Source: a virus. Taken from it: 64,000 nt of DNA. Of this stretch, positions 18,101-27,249 are shown in pieces. The stretch covers positions 32,001 through 96,000 of the IMG/VR virus record IMGVR_UViG_3300010885_017276; one strand, given 5' to 3'. Under the pieces are notes generated by a model that worked only from the letters and a program-made list of their open reading frames with translations, was not told the origin of the DNA and did not search any database. Both the position numbers and the translations under genes were made by a program. The stretch's first letter is position 1. Every line of letters starts with the position of its first letter.

Positions 18101-19299
18101 ATACTAGGTATCGCAATGATACTTAATATCATACAGAAACAAGGTAATTACAATGTACTAATAGCTTCAGCCTTGGTTATTTCTTTGTGGGATTTATGTT
18201 TCCCTCTAGCAATAGTTGTACTAGTTTTACTAGTTTTTATAGGAATAGCAGTAGCAATAAAAGAATAAAAATAATTCAAAAAAAATTTGGTAGTTACAAA
18301 AACAAGTTGTATATTTGTATAACAAAACAGAGGGATAGCCGAAACCCTAACCTAGTAGGCAAACTTAATATAAAACAAAATGAAAAGAACAATCGAACAA
18401 ACACAAGAAGCAGTACAAGAAAACGTAAGCAGTATCTTTACAAAAGATGATGTGCTAGAACTATTAAGAAACATTGAACAAACTAGTCCAAACATTTCGG
18501 ATGAAACCAAGGAAAGTATCATCTCCGATATTATGCAGTCATTGGAGTACGAGGCCGATAACTTTATCGACAAAGATAGCATAAGCCTAGAAATTGACAG
18601 CAATAACTATGTTTCTATCGACAGAGCAGATATAGACTTTGATGTTATCAAAAACGTAATACGAGACATCATACTTAATGCTGATTTTGAAACTAACTAA
18701 TCTAAAGTAATATGAGAGTAGTTAGGATAAATACCACAGCATACCAAGAAGAAGATTTCTTTTTGATGACAGATTTGACAGACCAACAGATTGAGGGAGT
18801 AATTGTCCCAATAGTGGAACTAGAACGTAAAGATGAAAGCTGCTATTATACAAACGAAGACCTTGTAGAGTCTTTAATGGATAAATACCCCGACAATACT
18901 ATTGTTATGCACGCAGATTTTGAAACAATATCAATCTAAAAAATAATTTAAAAAAAGCTTTGTAATATAAAATAAAGTATTATATTTGTACCGGCAATCA
19001 AGCCAAACTAAATTTATAACTTATGGAAAAATTTGCAAGACAATGCTCAGTAACGGGCGAAGGTATGAACAACGGCTATGTGTACAGAGATGGAGAAATG
19101 TATTTCAAGTACGAACCCGACCTTGTAGCCCACATCAGAAGCCTAGACAACGATTCATCTAACCTATCGGATGAATTTCTACTAGGAGAAGCTTACGACC
19201 TAGAGGAGTACTACTACACCGAATGGGAGGATGAAGATGATTACCAATACCAATTAATAAACGGAGTACTAACTGAATTAGAAGATTAAACTAACTAAG

Positions 19300-19479
19300 A
19301 TGAAAAACTTTAAAGACTTAACGCAGACAGAACAACAATCCCTAGAACAAGATTACTTTATCCCAACAGACAAAGCTAACCTATTCCTAGATGAACACAG
19401 CCGACCTTATTCACAAACACCGGTAGGTAAGATGTATTGCTCAAAAAAAACTAATTATAACTATTCAATCAAAAACTAA
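19300..19479 (+). CDS. hypothetical 59-aa protein, paralog of 11009-11149
   Basis: DEHSRPYSQTPVGKMYCSKK...YSIKN. Confidence 0.7.
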   Translation: MKNFKDLTQTEQQSLEQDYFIPTDKANLFLDEHSRPYSQTPVGKMYCSKKTNYNYSIKN

Positions 19480-19806
19480 CATTATGGCAGATTCAACCGG
19501 ACAATTAGACAAACTAATAGAGGACAAAGTAGACAACAAAATCAAAGATTTTGCTAAAAGTCTAACAGACCAAATAACCAATTTTTTGAAGGACAACGGG
19601 GACTATCACGGAGAATACCTATACGTTGTAACCCATTGGGAAAAGGATAAGTATGGAATGTATTTACCATTAGCACAGCAAGGCCAAAGTATATATCAAG
19701 TACAAAGGGGGTTAGCACACGGATTATCCCTTACCATAAAAAATACGATGATTAAAAAAGAAACACAACAATTGCTAGAAAAAGTAGCATTATTAAGCTA
19801 GGAACT

Positions 19807-20004
19807 ATGAAAACAAAATTTGTAAAATTAACATCTCACAATAGCAATAACGCAATCTATCTAAACGTAGATATGATTGGAGATATTTGTGAAGCTGACG
19901 GGTATACAAGAGTAGGACACCTAACTCACAACAACGGGGGGTTTAAAGTTTCTGAAGAAGTAGAAGAAGTTTTGTATTTAATCAGCGAATTAACTAACAG
20001 CTAA
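19807..20004 (+). CDS. FlbD-like small protein
   Basis: FVKLT...IYLNVDMI...FKVSEEVEEVL pattern. Confidence 0.5.
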   Translation: MKTKFVKLTSHNSNNAIYLNVDMIGDICEADGYTRVGHLTHNNGGFKVSEEVEEVLYLISELTNS

Positions 20005-20009
20005 GAACT

Positions 20010-20210
20010 ATGGAAATTAATATAAACTTATTAGAAGCCGCTTCTGAATTAGCACACGAAATTGTGTGTGCTAAATTTGAAGATGATGATAGTGCTATCT
20101 ACGAAAGTACTACCGACACGATTACAAACTATTCCGAAGAAGCACAAGACCTATTCAACGAATGGTACGATTACTATTACGACTTTTTACTCAGACTTAA
20201 AATAAACTAG
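20010..20210 (+). CDS. hypothetical acidic protein, paralog of 21477-21719
   Basis: shared I.I.E.A..LA...Y..EAQ..F...Y..Y.FLL..KI pattern. Confidence 0.65.
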   Translation: MEININLLEAASELAHEIVCAKFEDDDSAIYESTTDTITNYSEEAQDLFNEWYDYYYDFLLRLKIN

Positions 20211-20215
20211 AAATT

Positions 20216-20449
20216 ATGGCAATTATTAAAATCACAAAGCAAAATTGGAAAACAATTAACCCAACAAAAACGGGTGTAGACAATGAATTTTTAGACAAGG
20301 AGTTTCCTATTCTATTCAACACAAACGAAATGATTACGGCACAATCAAGCGAGTATGGTGGCACTCGTATAACCTACAAAAAAGCAATGGTAGATACACT
20401 GAACTGCAAGGAAACATTAGAAGAAATTTATAAATTAATAAACAATTAG
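20216..20449 (+). CDS. FlbD-like small protein
   Basis: IIKIT...ILFNTNEM...TRI...CKETLEEIYKLI. Confidence 0.45.
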   Translation: MAIIKITKQNWKTINPTKTGVDNEFLDKEFPILFNTNEMITAQSSEYGGTRITYKKAMVDTLNCKETLEEIYKLINN

Positions 20450-21476
20450 AAACTATGGGAAGATATTATAGCGGAGACATCGAAGGAAAATTTTGGTTCG
20501 GATTACAAAGCAGTACAGCTGCTGACAGATTTGGAGTAGAGTACAATGAGCCAAACTACGTTGAGTACTACTACGAAAAAGAAGACTTAAAAAAGGTTGA
20601 AAAAGAAATCAAAAAGATTCAAAAAGCCCTAGGAGATACCCTAGCAAAAATTGAAAAATTCTTTACTGAAAATGATGGTTGGAATAATGAAATGCTAGAA
20701 AAAGCCGGTATTACTAAAGCAGAACTTAACGAATACGCTGACCTAGAGTTAGGTATTAAAATCAGAGATTGTATCAAGGATAACGGGGCTTGTAGATTTG
20801 ATGCAGAACTTTAAACTAACCAATACTCCCCCGATGTAATGTTGGGGGATTTAAACAAACTTATATGAAAAACTTGACAGCAGAACAAAGATTAGTCTTT
20901 ATAAGACAAGATGTAGCTAGACTACTAGAGAAATTACCGGAGTCTATCCTAAATACACACATAGAGGGCTACGAGAACTTAGGGGTAGTGCTAGATAATA
21001 TCGCTATTGCTTCGGATGAAACTGACCTAGAGCCTTTACATTGGCTTGTAACGTGGTATGAAGTATTCCGGCACGACGGGATTGAAGGCACGGATGTCCT
21101 TGCTGTTTGTGACACAGAAAAGCAAGCCCTAGATTTTATGTATGATTACTCAATGAGATATCCAAACGTAGAATTGCATTGTGATGAATGGCAGTCAAAC
21201 GCAGACGGAACCGGAACAGCAACAAGAAATCCAATATCTTAAACTAACTAGTATGAGACTTATAACAGAATACAATCCAATTATTAGCAAACCGGCAAAG
21301 GCATTTATAAAAAGCGAAGTCACACCAAGTATGACATCTTATGACGGAGAGAGTAATCAATACTCAATCAGTTATTGCATTGACATACTAGAGCAAGAAC
21401 AAAAAATCTTTGAGCAAGACCTAGAAATTTTAAATGGATTAGCACAAGAGGGAGTAGATCATATAGAGTTTTAACT

Positions 21477-21719
21477 ATGGACATAACAATAAACATCGAA
21501 GAAACAGCAGCAGTACTAGCAAATAGAGAAGTCTACTTGAGAGAGAGGCAAGCTATTGTTGAACACGGCACAGACTACTTACAAGGAAGCCCATTTAAGG
21601 GCGGCATATTCCTAGAGGATGAGATTACCTATACACCGGAAGCACAGAAATACTTTGATAGAGAGTACAAACTTTGGTACGAGTTTTTGTTAGAAATGAA
21701 AATAGCAAAAAATGAGTAG
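21477..21719 (+). CDS. hypothetical acidic protein, paralog of 20010-20210
   Basis: YTPEAQKYFDREYKLWYEFLLEMKI. Confidence 0.65.
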   Translation: MDITINIEETAAVLANREVYLRERQAIVEHGTDYLQGSPFKGGIFLEDEITYTPEAQKYFDREYKLWYEFLLEMKIAKNE

Positions 21720-22097
21720 CGACATATTGTTATCCCTAGAGGAAGTGCAGAAGTATTTGGCCAAGGACAAGAAATGTAAGGCAGCACAGAAAAAAGAGGT
21801 GCTGCAGACCTTAGAAAACATATCCAATACCAAGGGCAGAAAATGGACATTTGTATCGGAAGATGATAAGTATTTCATTGACGAGTACAACGAATACAGC
21901 GATTTTGTAAAGACATACACATTTAAACTATGAGAATATTTGGGGTACTACTTTTTTTCTTTTGTATTTTTATTATAAAAAAGTGTCAGAAGTATTAAAA
22001 ATTTAGTACCTTTGCAAAAACAAAAACAAATGATATTATACATAATAATAATAATAGGCTTTGTGTACATATACGCTAAGGCAGAATACTAAACAAA

Positions 22098-22334
22098 ATG
22101 AAGACAATAATCCACGTAAACCAACACGAAATAAAGGCCAATACCAAGAACAAAACAGAGAATCCGGTATTAACTTGTAAGACTTATAAGACCAACGATT
22201 ATGCCAACGAAGTAGAGATACTAGACAAGAACGGAGAAGTGGTCGCAAAGGTAGTGTACAGCCCCCACAAGCCACTCAGCTGTGGTGCTAGGGTGTGGAT
22301 TGAAACATACAACGAAATAAATATAATAAAATAG
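22098..22334 (+). CDS. conserved phage hypothetical protein
   Basis: IHVNQH.I..N...KVVYSP.KPLSCGARVWIET motif. Confidence 0.75.
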   Translation: MKTIIHVNQHEIKANTKNKTENPVLTCKTYKTNDYANEVEILDKNGEVVAKVVYSPHKPLSCGARVWIETYNEINIIK

Positions 22335-22534
22335 TGTCTAATTGATGTGATGATAAATCCTTTTAAACCCTAAAATGTTGGCCGTTACTTTGGTCGTATC
22401 CCTATGCTATATCAATTAGACCAAGTTTTTCATAGTAGCATAAAAAGTAACATGGGTGGCAGTTCGGAAAGACGGACTTAATTTTAAACTAACTAATACG
22501 AAAACAATATAGAACCTAATGTTTGGAGAAAATT

Positions 22535-22897
22535 ATGAATATATTTAAAAGGACTTTAAAACTAGATGAACAAGAACAAGCTATATTTGATTTGATAGTC
22601 AGTATGGTTTCAAAAAAAGAATGCAACATCGAAATAGACCCCGATGATTTTTCTTACTTGGTTTCAATAGAAAGACTGCATTATTATTTATTGATAGATA
22701 ACTTTGGCATCCGGCTGTCAAACCACGAGTTTTTTATATCTCGGAAGTTTAGCGACAAGGTGCTAGATAAATTCAAAGATGTAATCAAAAAAGAAGTGGT
22801 AAGAAGGAGAGCAATCAAAGTAGATAGTATCTTTAAAAACGAAATGGACTTATTAACTAAAATAAACAGCAACATAAACAATGGGGAAATCAACTAA
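22535..22897 (+). CDS. hypothetical protein
   Basis: ATG at 22535. Confidence 0.65.
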   Translation: MNIFKRTLKLDEQEQAIFDLIVSMVSKKECNIEIDPDDFSYLVSIERLHYYLLIDNFGIRLSNHEFFISRKFSDKVLDKFKDVIKKEVVRRRAIKVDSIFKNEMDLLTKINSNINNGEIN

Positions 22898-23378
22898 CGA
22901 AGTTTTAAAGGTTTCAGACTTAGTGGCTTTTGGAGAAAGTGACTATCTAGAAACAAAGAGAACATTAAAAATTATGGATGATATGGTAAAGGAGTATGTC
23001 AATAGTACAGACAGCCTAGACCAATTAGAAAACCTAAAGAAACGATTTAATGGGTATCTTGTGTATCTAGCCGGATATTACAGCAAGATTAGATGTTTCC
23101 GAGAGAACTACGAATACCTAGAGGCACAGCGTAAACGTATCAAGAGTGAGGCCATTGAAGACCTAATCCGAAATAGTGATGAGAAGCTGTCTCAATCAGC
23201 AGCCGAGAAGGTGGTTTACTCACATCCCTACTACACAGAACGTATTACCTTGTTAGAACAGCTAAAACGATTCTTCTATCTAGTGGACTTGTCTTACCAA
23301 AACTACCAAGATGTCCAAAGAAGTATCTATCAGAGTATATCAGTATTAGCAAAAGAAAAACAATCAACAATAAACTAA
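22881..23378 (+). CDS. helical hypothetical protein (weak resemblance to UvsY-like mediators)
   Basis: all-helical with SQSAAEKVV..HPYY segment; function is inference only. Confidence 0.5.
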   Translation: MGKSTNEVLKVSDLVAFGESDYLETKRTLKIMDDMVKEYVNSTDSLDQLENLKKRFNGYLVYLAGYYSKIRCFRENYEYLEAQRKRIKSEAIEDLIRNSDEKLSQSAAEKVVYSHPYYTERITLLEQLKRFFYLVDLSYQNYQDVQRSIYQSISVLAKEKQSTIN

Positions 23379-23599
23379 TGGAGGTTTCAGAACTAATTAA
23401 TTTTTTGTCCAAATTTGAACCAAGCACTAGGGTTATGGTTAGGGGGTACGAAGGTGGCTACGATGATTTAGTATCAGCTAAATTGAAAGATGTAGTTCTA
23501 GATGTATACGATGAATGGTGGTATGGTAAAAACGAAGTATTAGAACAGGTATCAAAAGGCAATAGCAAAGAATCAATAAAAACAATTATACTAGAATGA
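23378..23599 (+). CDS. hypothetical protein
   Basis: V.ELI..L..F....RVMV.GYEGGYDD common phage motif. Confidence 0.65.
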   Translation: MEVSELINFLSKFEPSTRVMVRGYEGGYDDLVSAKLKDVVLDVYDEWWYGKNEVLEQVSKGNSKESIKTIILE

Positions 23600-23976
23600 A
23601 AAAATTATTATTTGCAGTATTACTGCTACTATGTTTGTCTGTATCCTACGGACAAGAAACACAATTCAGAAGAATCTACACAGAGTTAGCTATTACTCAA
23701 AATGGGGAAACAACCAACAGCCAAGGAGAGAATGTGATTTTCTTTAACTACGGGGGAGAAGCCGTTATCAAAATCTATCTAGCAGATGGATCTGTAAGAA
23801 CCTTTGATCAAATCACAGACCGAGACGAGGGGCGAACCAAGGGGGGTATGGGGTATTCGGGGGCTACCTACAAGGAAAGAGATAAAGACCTTACTATTTA
23901 TGTCCAGCTATTTAAAAATCAAAACTATGGGTTCAGAATTTTATTTAGTAACGGAGACATGATACAATTTTTGTAA
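23596..23976 (+). CDS. secreted hypothetical protein
   Basis: Sec signal MKKLLFAVLLLLCLSVSYG followed by Gln at +1, typical of Bacteroidota. Confidence 0.7.
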   Translation: MKKLLFAVLLLLCLSVSYGQETQFRRIYTELAITQNGETTNSQGENVIFFNYGGEAVIKIYLADGSVRTFDQITDRDEGRTKGGMGYSGATYKERDKDLTIYVQLFKNQNYGFRILFSNGDMIQFL

Positions 23977-23981
23977 AAAAG

Positions 23982-24013
23982 TTTGCACAATTAAAAAGTA
24001 AGTTATATCTTTG
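23982..24013 (+). promoter_or_regulatory. sigma-A promoter
   Basis: TTTG-N20-TATCTTTG. Confidence 0.8.
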
Positions 24014-24040
24014 CACAGAATTTAAAAACCAAAATATAAA

Positions 24041-25054
24041 ATGAAACTATTAAAAGACATCCCTACAAAACACTTTGTAGCTATTGACATCGAGACAGTC
24101 AGAATTGTAGAAAATTATGGAGACTTGTCTGACGAGTGGAAATCAGCGTGGGAGTACAAAAACAAACAATCCGGAGAAGTACCATTCTTCGAGGAATTAG
24201 CAGACTCTTGGGAAAAGACATCTTCGTTGTACGCAGAGTTCAGTAAGGTATGTGCTGTGAGCGTGGTGTTCCTATCTAAGAACGAAGATAAACTAATGTG
24301 TAAGGAGTTCTTTGGCCAAGATGAAGCCTTGTTGCTATCCCAACTTAGTGCATTCTTGAACCAAATCTCCGGCAGCAGTAAAGACTTTAGACTAGTAGGA
24401 CATGCTGCTAAGTACTTTGATTATCCTTTCTTATGCAAGAGATACATCATCAACAGCCTTTCCATACCGGCACTTCTAGACACAGCTCACCAAAAACCTT
24501 GGGAGAATAGAAACCTATGCACCAACCAAGACATTTGGAAGATGGGGGGTACGGGTGCAGGAAGCTCTCTACAAGCCCTATGTACAGCTCTAGCGATTCC
24601 AATTAGTAAAGTGGACTTAGTGGGTGATGAAGTGGGGAACGCTTACTACAGAGGAGAGGTAGAAAGAATTGCTAGCTATTGTTCCTTGGATACCATTGCA
24701 ACATTCAATGTAATCCGTAGAATCAAAGGAGAAAAGATCTTTCAGTTTGACGAAGTATCCTACCTAGACAAGAAAGTAGTAGAGGTTTCTACCGCTACTA
24801 AAGAGCCGGAAGATGTGCTGTTCCAAAAGCTGCCTATCCTACATCAGATTGTAAAAGCTGAGAGTATTCCGGATGAGGTAAAGAAAGAGTTATCCGCAAT
24901 CTTAAAAAAGAAGAAGATGACCAAGAAAGACCGAGTTATTGTAGAAGATATCTTAGTTAATCTGTACATCAACAATGAGATGTTTAAGTCAGACAGTCTT
25001 ATTATACAAGAAGCAAAAAAATCAGAAATCATATACCTTTTAGACAACATATAA
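24041..25054 (+). CDS. DEDDy 3'-5' exonuclease (PolB-exo-like)
   Basis: ExoI IDIETV, ExoII GHAAKYFDYPFL, ExoIII YCSLD. Confidence 0.85.
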   Translation: MKLLKDIPTKHFVAIDIETVRIVENYGDLSDEWKSAWEYKNKQSGEVPFFEELADSWEKTSSLYAEFSKVCAVSVVFLSKNEDKLMCKEFFGQDEALLLSQLSAFLNQISGSSKDFRLVGHAAKYFDYPFLCKRYIINSLSIPALLDTAHQKPWENRNLCTNQDIWKMGGTGAGSSLQALCTALAIPISKVDLVGDEVGNAYYRGEVERIASYCSLDTIATFNVIRRIKGEKIFQFDEVSYLDKKVVEVSTATKEPEDVLFQKLPILHQIVKAESIPDEVKKELSAILKKKKMTKKDRVIVEDILVNLYINNEMFKSDSLIIQEAKKSEIIYLLDNI

Positions 25055-25749
25055 TGGCAAATACAAAATTATTAGATTTACCAAAAATCTACGAAAACGA
25101 AGGGGGTAAGTATCCCCAACATACCGGAAAGCCTAAGCTCAGTTACTCAGCGTACACATCATTCTGTGAGGCAGCCTACAGAGGGGACTTCTTTGCTAAC
25201 TACTTCCTAGGTATCCGGAGTGAGGGTAACATCTTTACGGAGTATGGAAGCAAGTGCGGTAAGTTATTTGAAACAGATACAGACAGCTCAGACCTATCTG
25301 ACTTTGATGTAAGTGTTATCAGAGATATAGAAAGACCCCCAAATGCCTTGTATGAGGTAGAGATTGTTGTTGATAGGGGATCTTATGTTATTCAAGGGTA
25401 CATAGATAGAGAGTATCTAGATATTGAAGGCAATCTTGTAATCAGCGATTTAAAGACTGGCTCTATAGAAAAGAAAGCCAAGGACTACGCTAGTCAAGAC
25501 TACCAACAAACTACTTTATACGCCTATCAGAGAGAGTTAGAGGGGGAACATATCATATATTCAGGGGTCATCCTGCTAGATCGTAAGGGTAACGGCCAAG
25601 AAAAGTACCCTTTGAGATTAACCGGAGAGATTGAGTGGATACCTACACCTTACTCTAAAAAGAGAGCAGAGTTGTTCTTAAGTAAGTTTGATGCTACTGC
25701 TAAAAAGATTGAGGAGTATCATAAAATTTATAAAAAATATTTTGTGTAA
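25054..25749 (+). CDS. PD-(D/E)XK (RecB-family) nuclease
   Basis: LSYS, GYID, DLKTG and QTTLY motifs. Confidence 0.85.
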   Translation: MANTKLLDLPKIYENEGGKYPQHTGKPKLSYSAYTSFCEAAYRGDFFANYFLGIRSEGNIFTEYGSKCGKLFETDTDSSDLSDFDVSVIRDIERPPNALYEVEIVVDRGSYVIQGYIDREYLDIEGNLVISDLKTGSIEKKAKDYASQDYQQTTLYAYQRELEGEHIIYSGVILLDRKGNGQEKYPLRLTGEIEWIPTPYSKKRAELFLSKFDATAKKIEEYHKIYKKYFV

Positions 25750-25772
25750 TTAAAATAAAGGTTGTACCTTTG
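25741..25772 (+). promoter_or_regulatory. sigma-A promoter of the RNA gene cluster
   Basis: TTTG-N20-TACCTTTG. Confidence 0.8.
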
Positions 25773-25956
25773 CAAAATAAAATTAGTAAAAATTTATCAG
25801 TACTCCCTAAGTCAAAGTGTTATATAGCATTGGAAGTCTAAGACAAGCCAAGACTGTCTGTAAGGGGAAATCAGTAGGTAATCTGATTAAAAAAAGCTTT
25901 TGTGCATTATGGTCGAGGAGGCACTCTTTAAACAGAATCCATACACAAAAGCAATT

Positions 25957-26030
25957 GGTTTGGTAGCTCAGTTGGATAGAGCAACAGACTTCTAATCTGT
26001 AGGTCGTAGGTTCGAATCCTACCCGAATCA
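25957..26030 (+). tRNA. tRNA-Arg(TCT)
   Basis: cloverleaf; anticodon arm ACAGA-CTTCTAA-TCTGT; T arm GTAGG-TTCGAAT-CCTAC. Confidence 0.93.
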
Positions 26031-26044
26031 CAGATTAAAATAAC

Positions 26045-26392
26045 TAAGCTGTGTAAAGCGTCAGAACTTATAATCTGATAGAAGTTAAAGGCTAAACATT
26101 GAACCTTTGTAAACTAAGGAGTAGCAGACACTACATAAAAATTGGGAGAATGTCATCTTTACCAAAACCTATAATTTACATAAAGATATTTACAGAAATG
26201 TAAAATGTGTTGTTCCCTTGAGAAAGGAATATAGGAGTAACAAATATAAATGTTAACAACACAAATGAGTTCTCGGCAAGTAGTTAATGGTTGCCCTTGT
26301 GACAGGCTTAAATGTACTTACCATGGTGAATTAACTACGTGACCCTACTCTTACTAGACTCCATGTCTGTAATTGAGGGTGCTAATAACGCG
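26045..26392 (+). ncRNA. candidate large, highly structured ncRNA of unknown class
   Basis: about ten helices, two GNRA loops and two pseudoknot-type pairings; no ORF; lies between tRNA and tmRNA. Confidence 0.7.
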
Positions 26393-26444
26393 TAATATAA
26401 TTTACAAAAACATACAAAATTGTAAACTATATAACACATTAAGG

Positions 26445-26764
26445 GGGGGTGACTGGTTTTGACAGGTTACCAATAATTAATACAATCAGCCAGAGAGATA
26501 ACTGTAAACTAAGGTGAATTTTTTAAATGGCAAAAACATTTCTCGTGTAGTATCTCAAGGAGACAACGCACAAATCGAAGCTAACATGAACAAAGTATTC
26601 TCTCTATTGGGAGAAGAAGTTGCTGTAGCAGCCTAAATTCAAAGGATTTCTCTATTAGATTAAATAGAGTGGTGGAATCGTCAAGTGAGATTGACCCCAA
26701 TTAAGCTGTATAAATTGTATTAATGAACGTAATTTGGACGGGGGTTCGACTCCCCCCACCTCCA
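26445..26764 (+). ncRNA. ssrA: tmRNA
   Basis: GGGGGTG/CACCTCC-A acceptor with G3:U70; GACTGGTTTTGAC 5' motif; T arm GGGGG-TTCGACT-CCCCC; tag ORF 26529-26636 ending VAVAA*. Confidence 0.93.
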
Positions 26765-26870
26765 CAAATGTTTAACGCATGAACATACTTATTAAATTAT
26801 TAGTACTCGCTGTGCCTTTAGGGCTATCAGCAAAACCTTTAATCAGAGCATTTAAAAACAGAAACAAAAA

Positions 26871-27137
26871 ATGAAAACAATCAAAATTGACGAAAATTAC
26901 TACATTTCCAGAGAGGACAGCCACAACTTCATTCTCCGTTACAGAGAAAACAAGGTAATCACAAAAGGGGGAGAAGAAAAGGAAGTTTTTTCAGAGAACA
27001 ACTACTACTACCCCAACGTATCGGGGTGCTTAAAGAAGTACCTAGACATAACTCAGACTAATGCAAAAGATGTTAAAGATTGTATCCAAGTAACACAAGA
27101 ATGCTATGAAAAAATAAGCAAATTAAAATTTAACTAA
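26871..27137 (+). CDS. hypothetical protein
   Basis: ORF preceded by a 31-aa hydrophobic ORF (26779-26874) with ATGA overlap. Confidence 0.7.
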   Translation: MKTIKIDENYYISREDSHNFILRYRENKVITKGGEEKEVFSENNYYYPNVSGCLKKYLDITQTNAKDVKDCIQVTQECYEKISKLKFN

Positions 27138-27217
27138 TTTGCAAATATCAGATATTAATCGTATCTTTGTTCTTTAAAATTCAGCACCTCTTTCGTAAAT
27201 CGGGGTGCTTTTTTTTC
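27138..27217 (+). promoter_or_regulatory. sigma-A promoter immediately followed by a terminator-like hairpin
   Basis: TTTG-N20-TATCTTTG (27138-27169), then AGCACCTC/GGGGTGCT stem plus T-tract. Confidence 0.65.
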
Positions 27218-27249
27218 CGACATACATAACTAATAATTTTATTTTAACA

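Larger units (their letters stand above)
15193..22334 (+). other. cluster of ~30 short, mostly acidic hypothetical early genes
   Basis: closely packed plus-strand ORFs (e.g. 15193, 15455, 15586, 15782, 15994, 16275, 16509, 16687, 17054, 17704, 18080, 18380, 18712, 19023, 19484, 20455, 20865, 21712) with promoters at 16219, 17366, 18286, 18959. Confidence 0.8.

Noticed and set aside
25054-25749. PD-(D/E)XK nuclease as Cas4
   Set aside because: It lacks the C-terminal Cys cluster for the Fe-S centre and sits in a replication/recombination context.
26045-26392. RNase P RNA or group I intron
   Set aside because: There is no GAGGAAAGUCC P4 motif, no recognisable P7 core, and no interrupted host gene.
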